From Cycas panzhihuaensis (lineage: Eukaryota > Plantae > Cycadophyta), in contig CM041465.1 in assembly GCA_023213395.1 (NCBI GenBank), forward strand, positions 171,995,741 to 172,059,740: a stretch of 64,000 nucleotides of DNA. The letters are read 5' to 3'. Both the position numbers and the translations under genes were made by a program. The notes under the pieces were generated by a model. It saw nothing but the letters and a program-made list of their open reading frames with translations. It searched no databases and was not told the origin of the DNA. Shown one piece after another: positions 1 to 11,528 of the stretch (positions are counted from its first letter, which is position 1; each line of letters opens with the position of its first letter).

Positions 1-699
1 TTGTTATTCTTTTGTGTAGAGTTTTCCTGAGGAAATCAATTTTACAATGAAGGAATGAGATGGATGTCCCTTATATCCTTAGATTTTAATAGCTTCTGCA
101 CTTTCAAGTGATTACTCTTTTTTTATTATTTGGAATAATTTTCATTAGGTGAGTATAAAGTGCATATTAAGGCTTTCTGGATATACATTATCCTTGCCAT
201 GGATGTTATATCATTTCAAAGATAAGTGGGTTTATATTAGTCTTATACTTTTTCCTTATTGATGGTTTTGGGAACATTATTGAAAAGTATTAATTGATAG
301 TGGTGTATTTCTTTAATACCCAAACTTTGTCGATAGATCTATGCCTTAGAGTCTTTAGCCCAAGTAGAGCTAGATGCAGATCTTGGGAAAAGAACTTTAT
401 AAACCACCTTTAAAGTTTAATATCTCCACCTAATAATTCTTAAAAGGATTCATAAAATCTAATAGTGGGTTCAATCTATCTGCATTTTCTTGTAAGCGTC
501 GTTGTGTTGTATCCCCTCAAATGCTTTAGATATTGAAGTATTACTAATAGGGATACCAAACCATCATAGTAAGCACTTCAAATAGGTAATACAATGTAAG
601 GGTGTTCATGCCAAAATGTAATATCTATTAAACACATACATTGTAGAGCATATAAATCCTATGGCTCCTATAACTATTGCCTTTCCCATAATAAAAGAG

Positions 700-1690
700 G
701 GAGTAAATCCTACTATATTTTGTGATAGGCTTACTTAACTCTAAGGGAGAGAATACCATATTCATTATAGTTAATTACCTTTTTTAGTACATTTACTTTA
801 TCCTATTGTAATCAAATTATAATACCCCTCAAGTGGATGAACTCTTCATGAAGAATATCCATAAATTACATAGCTTCCCTAAGAAGATTATCTCTAATAG
901 GTATCTAAAGTTTACTAGCAACTTCCAAGAGGAGATTTTCACATTTGTATGAACTAGTGTTGCTATAAGTATAGCCTACCATCCCCAAATATATGGCCAA
1001 ATCACAATAATTAATAAATGCTTAGAGATATACCAATGATGTTGCATGGGAGATAATTAGCTTAAATGGGTAAAACACATCCATCTTGCCAAGTATTGGT
1101 ATAATATGAGTTATCATTTAATAATCAAAATGGCCCCTTTTGTAACTTCATATAAATATCAACTATTAGAGGCAATCAACTATATGTAGGTATTTTAATG
1201 AGTACTAATAATATAGGAGTTAATCTAATAAATATATCAAATACTTAGAGAGCTAATGAATATTCTTAATATCACAAGAAATTAGCTAATCTAAGAGAGG
1301 ATTTGATGTGGGTAATTAGGTACATGTGCATTTATAATCATATAAGTAAGTATCGTAAGACAACAAGGAAAGTTAAAGCTCATGCTACATTTTTATTATC
1401 CATTCCAAATAAAGAGAAGAGTAGGCAAGCTAGTATATATACTAGACTTTTCTCCCTATAATTGAATCAATGATGTCTTCCATGTCTTAAGTGTCAAAAA
1501 GAAGGTGACTCCAATATTAGTCCTCTAAAAGATTTTCTTATCATTAATAATAAGAGGAAGTTCACTTATGAACCACAAGGGATATTAGAAACATGATAGA
1601 AGGAGTTATAGTCTTATTTAATAACTGAGTATTTAATTAGATGGAAGGGCTTACTGTTAGAAGATGTGATATAGGAGCATCAAACATTCA
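700..1690 (+). pseudogene. Degenerate Ty3/Gypsy (chromovirus-type) integrase plus chromodomain remnant
   Basis: Manual translation gives ...ELFMKNIHKLHSFPKKIISNRYLKFTSNF...IAYHPQIYGQ..INKCLEIY (Gypsy integrase core), and near 1570-1680 EPQGILE...YLIRWKG..LEDVI (chromodomain-like). Many stop codons. Confidence 0.85.
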
Positions 1691-1758
1691 TCACCTCCAT
1701 ATTGAGTTTTGTGGGTAAAGATCTTCTTTTAATGGGGATGGAAATAAGGAGGGCATGC

Positions 1759-3253
1759 TATAGACCTACAATATTATAACTACCTACATGCAAAAAATAG
1801 GATTAAATTTAATATTTATAAGGTCTTTGACAAAACAATGGTCCTTAGTTTATATATTATTAGCATTCAGATAACTCTACATCCTTATTATGGTAGTTAG
1901 GATTCTATGTGTTTTGACTATTTTTTTTATTAAATTGTTTATTTTACATCTAATATGTATGTAGCCTACCATAACAAACTACTTAACACTTAGAAATAGA
2001 TCAACCTACTTGATTAGATAGTGTTTAAGTATCTTGGTAGACAAATGATAAAACATAAATATACCCAAGGCTTTTTGCCAACTTGTTACAAATTTATAAC
2101 TATTCATCGCTTCTACATAAGGATCATATCACATGCATGGATTTATTCACTCTAAAGAGGTAATTTTGAAGCACAAAACAAGCTATCATACACCAAACTA
2201 TCAATCTTAAGGTTATAACATTTAGCTTTTCAAACCCTCATAAACATTGAATCATAAACCAAACCATAATTTACTAAACCTGTTAGAAAATATTTTTTAT
2301 ACTACATCATTTGTGTGTTATATTGTTTTTATCTTATATTTGAGCTTTTCTCAACTAAACTCCTTTAGATGTAGTGCATAAAAAATTAATCAACATTTTT
2401 TGCACAAGTCCCTATGTAGAAACATTTTTCTGATTTTTCTAACCCCATGATCTAATACTATAAGGTACTTTTGGCTAATCACTAGGCTATCATAGAATTG
2501 CATTTTAAAACTATTACTCTAGAGTCCATGTAGAAAATAAAGAGCATCATAATTCTATATTATTAATAACCAAACTTTGTTATACTATTTTTCCTATAGT
2601 TCCTACATTTTAAATTCTTTAATTATAGCTCTAGAATATTATCTTAAACACTTTATGTAGTCTCTTATAGATATTTTACCAAATACTTGGTGCACACATG
2701 ATAATTTCATGTACTTTTCTTCATAAATAACTTCTATCTAATAAGTAAAATCTAGTAAAAAATAACAATTTCTTTCTTCATAAATAAATATATCTAAAAT
2801 AATTGGTCTAATGAATCTAAACTCTTGAAATTGCTACATGTTATTTTTAGGCATCATGTGCATATATAATCATGAGCTTGCTAACTCAATAATCTCAAAT
2901 TATATTTTGTATTTGTATTTAACATCAATAATGAATAAGAATTTAAACCATTATTTCAAATGCACTCCTTAAGATATTATAATACTTGATATTTATGATT
3001 CTTTTTCTATTTATATTAATCATTTTCCTTGTGCAAGGATAACTACTCTTAAAACCACTATGAAAATAAACCAAAAAAAAGGCTTTAGAAAGGCCAAAAA
3101 TCATTTTAGCATCTTTTATCAAGTTTAGATCCTTGAGAACATATGACCATGAGCTAAATAGAAAGTAGGTGGACTCCAAATCATATCTAATGTAATTAAA
3201 TTAATTTAACATTATAAAAAAATTAAACATTTTAAAAATTATAAGTCTCTACA
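1759..3253 (+). repeat. Putative 3' LTR of the Gypsy remnant
   Basis: Follows a purine-rich tract (AAGGAGGG, 1746-1753). Starts TATAGACC (degraded TGTAGACC) and ends GTCTCTACA. No partner LTR in the window. Confidence 0.35.
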
Positions 3254-6200
3254 TTTTAAAATTTTGAACTACCATATGATTTCTAAGATTTTTCATTAAT
3301 GTGGCCTCTTCGAGTGCAATTTTCTCTTGCATTTTCCCCTCCTCATTCAACCTTGTCTTCTTTAGCAATTATTCTATATGTTATATATGGATCTTTGTTT
3401 ACAATAGCTACCAACTTGGGATCCATTAGAGAATGAGTGTAAGATCCTTAACTATTGCTTTTATCATATTAGAGAATTATGGGCTTACCTCTAAGTTTTA
3501 AGTTATATTAGAATAGGTAGGATCACTCTAGCCTCGAACATTTACATATGTATTACATGCCCTTTCTCCTCATTTAATATATTAGGCATATCACCTTATC
3601 ATACAACTTCCATGAGGTATTATCATCTCTTACTTATCCTATTTCCATAATACAATAATCAAGCCTAAAATTTCACTTAGTTTCCAAATTTCATAGCTCT
3701 AGATTTAGTTTGTAACTACTTACGATGTTAGTTATATTAATCTAATTACAACATGGCTCCTTAGCTTTTAGTTATTATTAAAAATTTGTTATTCTACCTT
3801 TTATGAAATCTAACTTTACTTGGACCTGAACATTTAATTACATTAAGTGGCATGCATCTAAGGTTGCTATTCAACTCAAAGCTCTCACCATACCAAGTCT
3901 AAGTTATAATTATCTCTATTTTAGCTACTTTTCACACAATAACCATAAGAATTTCACACAAACCCATAGAGATCTAAAACTACCTTAATCAGATTACTTC
4001 ACTAGTAGATCATATATGACTATCATGTGGGCTTGCTAAAAACCAAACTATAGAAATTAATGTGGTAACCATGGACCAAATTAGGGGCCCATTCATTTTA
4101 TACATCATAACTCAATGCAGACTTTGTAATCTTTAAGAAATCTAAAGCATAAAAATAATTTCTCTTCTTCACTAAAATATGTTATAAGAAAATATCATTG
4201 TTATGCTTCTAAAACATTATTATTCATAGTTTTGTGCTTCATCCCAAGCCATAATATATGTAATCAACATGAACCAAAATGTTTACCATCCAACTTCACA
4301 AACATAAGGACAAGCATATGATATTTATCTAAACATAAGTTAATTGACATCTAACATTATCACCTTCTAAATACAACATAATATAATTAATACTTGGTAG
4401 GGCAAGAGAAGATGTTATCCCACATCGAGATGGTGAAAATTTTGGTGTCCTCCATGATTAAATAGACTTCAATACTTAGGTGAAGGAGTTCAAAATCATT
4501 TCCACTTTGATATGGCATTAGAAATTTAGGTTTAATATCATGTGAGATGAATCTCAAATACATGAGATAAAGAAGTAATACAAGGCATTATATTCATATT
4601 ATTTGGAGATTATATCCATTATGGGAATGTGTGTATATTAAGAGTATTCATGTATTCACTCGTGAGAAATATTTATATGAACCTAAGAGAATTTATGTGA
4701 ACTTATGTATAAGAATTCATAGTGCATAATAATATATAACCATGTGATTAACACATCACCTAGTGATTACATGGCCATTAACACAATCATGTATTTAATA
4801 TTCTCTTCAAAAAGTATGTACTTATGGAAAGTGATTATGCAATTACTATGATAATTACTTACCAATAAATACTCACAAGAATTATATGAATTAAAGGGAA
4901 TGAAGTATAATAACTTGTTATCACACTGTAAAAGAATTAAAAATCTTTTGTAATATTTTTTTTTATATTGAATACATTAGAAACCTTAAACCTTATCTTT
5001 GTTCTATATTTTCTTATTTATTAAAATCATGGTAATCAATTTAATAATTATGATATAAAATATATATCTTAGTTCAATAGTTAATAAGCAGTTCATCATA
5101 TTTACAAGTATTTTAAAAGACTATGTCATATCTAACACTGTGTAGCATAGTAAGTAAAATTCCTTTTAAATAAAAGACATGGAAAATAAGGACTTAAGAC
5201 ATATGAGTATATAGCTAAATGGTGGTAATAAATCACATAGGTCATATAAGTTCCTCTTTATTTATCAAGCACCCTCATGCCATTTATGCATTAGAAAATT
5301 ACATATGTAAGTAAATTTCAATGAAGAAATTAGAAAGTATAAGTTTCATATTTTGACAGCAAGTAATAAGTTTGCAAGAAAAGGGTTTTAAATTATAGAT
5401 TTTGCAACACCACTATGAAGGTTTAAAAAGATGAATACTTTTAATTTTTTTATCACTGAAATCTATCATTTTAATGAAAACTAATTATGCCCAAAATATT
5501 ATTAATATGGACTCAACTAAATAACAAATATTATATTATGCTTATTAGGATTATCTCATGCTTGTTAGGATTATCTCATGATTGTTAGGAGTTTGCCTTC
5601 ATCTAAAGAGATCATGTGGTCTAGTTAGTTGCCATCTTATGGCATGATGAATTTGTTAGTGCCATATAAAATTATTTTAACTTTAGTACCCTATTAATAA
5701 ATTTAACAAGTTATACAAAGAATAATATAAAACATTGAATAGAGATTTCATTGTTAAATAACATATAGTTTTTGAAAAGAATAAGTTACTTGACCCTAAC
5801 TATTTTTTAAGTTTTAGAATACAAATAAAATTAACAATAAATGGCTCTCAAGATTATAGATTGAATTAAACCCTAAAACTTAAGGAATAACACAAATAAA
5901 ATTACTTTGAATCTACTTAAAATCCAAGTATTCACATCATAGAATAATGAAAACTTAATAAACTCAAAAATACTTTAAAAAATTTAAATATATTTACTAC
6001 TATAAAAATGTCTAATATAAGTGTATATTAAAAAATCTCCTAGCTCTAACTAAAATATACCCCCTATCTTTGTGCATGCAATATAAAAATATAGAGCAAC
6101 GAATTTAGCCTCAATAAAAAGTCACACATGTAAGGAAGGCAAAGAATTTTCTAAAAATAACATATATGCAAGTATCTAAAAATAGACTAATTATTGTAAC

Positions 6201-6499
6201 AACTAGTTAAACACAACTAATGATATACTAACTTGAGTAAGAGTTGTGTTTAACTGTTAATTTAAACTCTAGTAACCTTTATGACTTAAGTCACTTGGAA
6301 TTTACATAGAATTTAAATTTGAATTTGAATTTCTTAAGAAAAAGACCATAAGAGAATGAGAATGAAGAAATTTATAGTGCTAGGAAGTATAGGGATCATC
6401 CTCATTTTGATAAATATTGATTAATAAATATAGACTTGGTGCCTATTATGAAAGTTAGGGATGTTTAAAGTGGAATAAGATTTCTTCTATACATATAGT

Positions 6500-6838
6500 T
6501 GTTGGGAATAATCCCAATGTGGTAAGTGCACCTGAGCACTTAAGGCCCCTCAAAGCAACCTTTGAGGGCCCCTAGAGCACCTTGAGTCACTCAACAGCTG
6601 CCTAGACCTACCACCACTTACTTGAGGTACGTATTATTGTTAATGTTTTAATATATTTTGAATTTACCTTGATTATTGTGCAGCTAAGGTGATGGCACTT
6701 GATGCCTCCCCGAAATTCATTACTTAAGGGATGAGAATACCTCCTAGGTGTTTATCAACACCGCCATTTATTGGAAATTGCCATTGTACTCAAAATGCTC
6801 TCGTTCTAAAGTCCCTCTCTACTCCTCCAGCTCCATCA
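6500..6838 (+). repeat. 5' LTR of element A
   Basis: Direct repeat of 15782-16120 with about 29 substitutions counted by eye, mostly transitions. Contains the hairpin CCTCAAAG-N4-CTTTGAGG. Confidence 0.97.
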
Positions 6839-6840
6839 TT

Positions 6841-6852
6841 TGGTATCAGAGC
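6841..6852 (+). promoter_or_regulatory. Primer-binding site (tRNA-iMet) of element A
   Basis: TGGTATCAGAGC 2 nt after the LTR end. Confidence 0.95.
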
Positions 6853-7915
6853 AAGGTTGGAATTGATTTTTTTTTTCTCATACTGATTTAGCTTCTTATA
6901 TATCTGGCAAATCATCTACATATGACTGCTAGTTAAGATCCTAGCAAGCTCACCTATTCATTGGAGAAGACGGATTGGAGTTTCATCTATTGTGAAAGAT
7001 GTTCTCTCGCTCAGAAGTCTGCACTATAAACCTGTCACAGTTTACCAGGTTCTTCATGTTTTTTTTGCAATACAAATATATACATATATTTTATCTATTT
7101 GATGTATTTTCATGAATATATTTCAAAATCTAGTTTATTTTATGCATTTGTATGATCGGCCTAAATATAGATCTCATTGAAAAGGCCTATACTCATATAG
7201 ATTTGGGTTGTCTCTTGCATCCATTAGCCTGTAATCCTATCTTTCAACTTGAAATAAGTGTCAAGAACTGATAGTCTCTAAATAGGTAGTTTCTCCCGTG
7301 ATCTATGGGTGACCTGCAACTTCATTAGAGGTTCATTACATTTCTTCTGAATCGCCTGATTGACAATAAATTTGTGTACTTGCATCCAGCCAGCGTTATT
7401 TTACCATTACAAGTGCCTAGAATTAAGTTTCTTCATTCACTGCAATATTATAAATGGTACAACACACACACATTAATCTTACAACTCCCCTCCTCCTAAA
7501 CTCTCCTACTCCAAGCATTTGTTAGGCCATGGGATAGATCTCCTAATATCTAATACATTGCTAGTTTTTGTGCACAAGGTTGTCACAATTCGTTTTCCTA
7601 CAACCATTATCACCTTATTTAAAGCTAAACCAAACAACTCCCCTCTGTTAGCATCTTCTGTTGGCATCTTCCCCCCTCTGTAGGTGACCTACAACTTCAT
7701 TAGAGGTTCTTTGTGTTCCGTTGGTTTCTTCTCCCTGCCATTGTCATTTCCGGGTCCATCATCTTTAACGCAGAATCATCTCACGTTGATGTCTTCGCAT
7801 TCCGTTGGCATCTTCCATTTCCGTTGGCATCTTATGTTGATTATTCTCTTCTTCCCCTCCTCTGTTGGCATTTCATTATTAGTCTTCATCACAATGAGGA
7901 AGTGCCACTTTCTAT

Positions 7916-8176
7916 CTCTGTCAAGTTCTGGTTGAACACCCTTTCAGTAATATTACGTCGCAGACTGATAATGATCCTAGTTCTTCTATCTTTGATAGAA
8001 TTACTCTATTCAAACAAGAGCTCAGAAAATAACTTGAATTAGAAGTAATTCAAGTGAGGGTCGACTATGACAAAGGGATTAGTCCTTTACATAACAAAAT
8101 CCAGGATTGCCATTCTTATCCTCTGTACCACTTTGTGAGATTTGAACTTGGCACCCAATTCCTGTCTGGGACCCGA
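7916..8176 (+). pseudogene. PAL: Captured fragment of the phenylalanine ammonia-lyase C-terminal region (gymnosperm-type) in the element A leader
   Basis: 87 codons in one frame: LCQVLVEHPFSNITSQTDNDPSSSIFDRITLFKQELRK*LELEVIQVRVDYDKGISPLHNKIQDCHSYPLYHFVRFELGTQFLSGTR. This matches the PAL motif LRQVLVEH...SIF.KI..FE.EL...YDKG.SPLPNRIQECRSYPLY.FVR..LGT.LLSG. The single stop at 8030-8032 is explicable as CAA>TAA. Confidence 0.9.
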
Positions 8177-8603
8177 AAGAGGAATTTACTAGATTTTACC
8201 TTTATAGAAAAGCCTATGGGCTATTATTAAATCCAAGCATATAAGGAGATTAACTAGGTGAGCCCTTCTTTAACAGATCTCAAGCTCTGTTTGAGTCGCA
8301 TGACTCTTGTATAGCGGTTTGGTCTCCTCCATCATTGTGCACCCAAAACCTTATTATTAATCACTTTCTCTTCAATTTTTTCTTGGAGATTTATTTACAT
8401 TTGATCTTTGATCAATTAGGATTGATCTCAGTGAAGATTTGAGGTGTTTTCATTTTGATTTCATTGATTTCTCCTCTCTCCAGTATACAGAAGTTGTTAT
8501 TGAGATATCTTTTGGATATTGATCTGGAAGGCATTGTGAAGCGCCTGATGATTCGAGAAACCCATGGATGATAAGGTCTTAGATTATTTTCACATGAATG
8601 CCT

Positions 8604-8672
8604 CTTAAATTTCCAATATTTCTCAATTTCTTCTGCTGTTTGCCTGGGTACACACCCTACGACCACATCCCA
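8604..8672 (-). pseudogene. Captured last-exon fragment of an R3-MYB (CPC/TRY-like) gene, antisense to element A
   Basis: ORF 8412..8690(-) contains WDVVVGCVPRQTAEEIEKYW, matching the R3-MYB consensus W(D/E)LIAGR(I/V)PGRTAEEIE(K/R)YW. Similarity begins at the W that opens the last exon in CPC-type genes. Confidence 0.75.
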
Positions 8673-9104
8673 TGCAGTTTTTTTTAACACAACGTAGCTT
8701 GAAATGTTTCCATTTCTTTTTCATTTTTTCTTATGAATAAAGATATATATATGGATATTTTCTATTAATGATTTAAAGGTGCGTCCTTCACAGACCCTAG
8801 TCATTTTTTTTTCAACTCTAAAAAGTGTATTACCTTTGCACTTTGCACTTGTTATCCTGCATAGTCGTTTTAACTAACGGCTCTTTTCTTTCCATCAATT
8901 TATTTGTTTATTTGACAAGCTTGTATTAAATCTATTTAAATTTGATATTACTTACAAATCCGTACAGTGTTTAAAGGGTACTAGCCTCCCTTTAGCATTT
9001 AGTCTCCAGGTTTTTTAGTTTTCCTATATAATCGTAATCTTATAATAAAGGTGTCTTATCTCATATTTTTTTTTATTGTGTTTTAAACTTGACGAGCAAG
9101 TTCA

Positions 9105-9170
9105 CCCTCCTGGCATTAGAGAGGTTTATTTTCTGACAGGTCTTGGGTTCAATTCCTACCTAGTCTATCT
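9105..9170 (+). repeat. Possible tRNA-derived SINE remnant with Pol III A/B boxes
   Basis: A-box-like TGGCATTAGAGAGG at 9111 and B-box GGTTCAATTCC at 9146-9156 within GGTCTTGGGTTCAATTCC. No full cloverleaf. Confidence 0.35.
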
Positions 9171-11528
9171 TCAAGTTCATATTCTAAGAGGGTTATCTTA
9201 ACAATATAACCCTTTACCTTTTTTTTTTTTTTTTTTAAACATAGAGTTATTGGCGCTTGTTTTTGCCATAACTCCTCATTGGCTCATCAGTTTTAGACGA
9301 AACTAGCTTCATTAGATCAATTATTTTTTTTGTAGATTATTTTTGACTGGTCATATGACCAATTTGGTGCAAATTTGACCCTGTTTTAGTCAATTTAAAG
9401 TTAATTAGCCTTTTTTTCAACCTGTTTTCAATTTTTTACAAAAATGCCTTTTGAACTGGTTGTCTTTTATTACCTGGAAACTATTTTCAGCTTAAATTTA
9501 TTCTACATTGATCTAGTTCAATAAACTTCATTACCCATATTTTATTTTATTTTTTAGAATTTATTTTTACCATTATTTTAATTGTTGAAATTGACATTTT
9601 AGTTATTTTTTACATTTTTACATAAAAGTATTTATTACTGTTTTTATTGTTATTTTTTTGTTTGACATCTAAATTAAGTTTCGTCAATTTTGTTGGGAAG
9701 ATGACTCATTCCCCTTCGAATTGACATAGTTTTTCATCTGTTTTAAGGTGTTTTTACTTATTTTCAAATTTATTAAAGTTAGACTACTTAATAGCCTCAA
9801 TATGTCATTCTTCGCATATTTTCATATAAAATTTTTCAAAAATTTTCAACCAAAAATATGTTTAGTAGTTTTAAAAAATATATTTGATTATTTTTCAACA
9901 CCTTCTAAAGTTTTATTAGTAATTTTATGTAATTTTGAGCACCCTGCTCTTGTTAGGCTTCAAAAGGAGGTCTGTACCTTTGAATAATTCAAATCTTAAC
10001 TTATTGGAACCCGTTTTCAAAACAGTTAGTTCCATTGGATTCACACTTTATTAATCTACATATTGGTACAATTTCAAGTTATTCTAACGTTGTTTATTAT
10101 AGTTTTCAAGCTATCAAAGTTGAGCATATAAGTACATCCTAATAGACTTGTCCTTTAAATTTTTTAAGAAAATTCTATTTTATTTCTCATTGGTTGTTCA
10201 TGATATATGTTTAAGGTTTCTACTTGACCTTCATATAAGCATTTTTTAAGTTGTTTAGTAACAGAAATTGTTTATAAAGTAACTAAAAATATACATACAT
10301 ATATTTCATTTTTCAGCTATATATATCTTTCTCAAGGCAAAGTTTTTTTAATACTAAAAAGGAAAGTCATTTTTCTTGTATTAAAGTTTTATATTTAGTC
10401 ATTTGAGAAATTAAAGGTTGAAAACTCTTTATATTTCCTTATCAAAAGTTTATTTCAGCTTTGTATAAGTGAAAAAGGATCATTGTTATATTCATGTTTA
10501 AAGTTTACTTTAAACGCATAATTATTAAACGTTTTCTTATTTATCATTATACTTCAAAAAGTGTATTTGAAATTTCATATCATAAGTGTATCATTTATTT
10601 GAAAAACATACATTTATTAAAAGTTTTTTTTCATTATTATTGAAAAATATCATCTTTTTCTTGCACTTATAAAAATTGCATTTAATTTATTTTATTTTCA
10701 AAGGCATATTTCATCCATTTGAAGAGTATTATATTTTTTTTTTTAAAAAGAGATTTTATTTATTTCAAAAGTTTATTATTTATTTTATCTTACTTAGAGC
10801 ATATTATTTTACTTTATAGTTTTTTCTTTATTATATCAAAGGAACCTTTTTTTTCTAAGCAAGACCACATTATTAATTAGTTTAATTTTCATATTAAACA
10901 AGATAATTCTGAATTGAACCACCCTATTTTTCTAGCCTTGCAAGGGGAATGGTTAGGACCCTTGAAGTTACCACCCCGCACACACTAATTGGCCTACTCA
11001 TATTGAATGAGGACAACCATTAGCTATCAGGTGTAATCGGTGGTAGGCTGAGGTGTAGAACCTATTTATTTCATAGTGTTTAGAGACCAAGGCTAGACCT
11101 AAAGAGGGTCAGTGGCTTGGTTCAAGAACCTTCAACACTAGATCTGTTGTTAGGCATAAGTCTGTCGTAGGTGGACCAATAATTTAGGGGGGTGTCGAAG
11201 TCTTCTTAGTAACCTACATACTGAGGTATATAGAGCCTAGCGCTCACGTACTAATATATTGGGTCCCTGTTTTGCCATCTATGGGCAGGCGCCACTAGAT
11301 AGAATAGCAACCGAAGATTACCTTAGGAGAAATTTAAACTTAGAGCCTAGTAGCCTTTATAGGTCCTAGTTCACTTGTTTAAAAGTTTGGGAAAACTTTG
11401 GGATATACTTGGAAATATTTTTTTCTATTTAAACCTTTTTAAATATTTTACATTCAAATATTTTTTAATATTCACATTTAACCTTTTTTATATTACATTT
11501 ATCACATTTTACACAACTTTAGTTCAAA

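Noticed and set aside
7684-8042. ORF-track ORFs 7684..7935 and 7713..8042 as genes
   Set aside because: They are low-complexity frames over GTTGGCATCT repeats. The meaningful frame is the third one (PAL fragment).
7916-8690. Functional PAL or MYB genes
   Set aside because: Only short fragments without the rest of the gene, lying inside a TSD-bounded retrotransposon. The PAL piece also has an internal stop.
9105-9170. Bona fide tRNA gene
   Set aside because: No acceptor or anticodon stems can be formed. Only box-like motifs are present.
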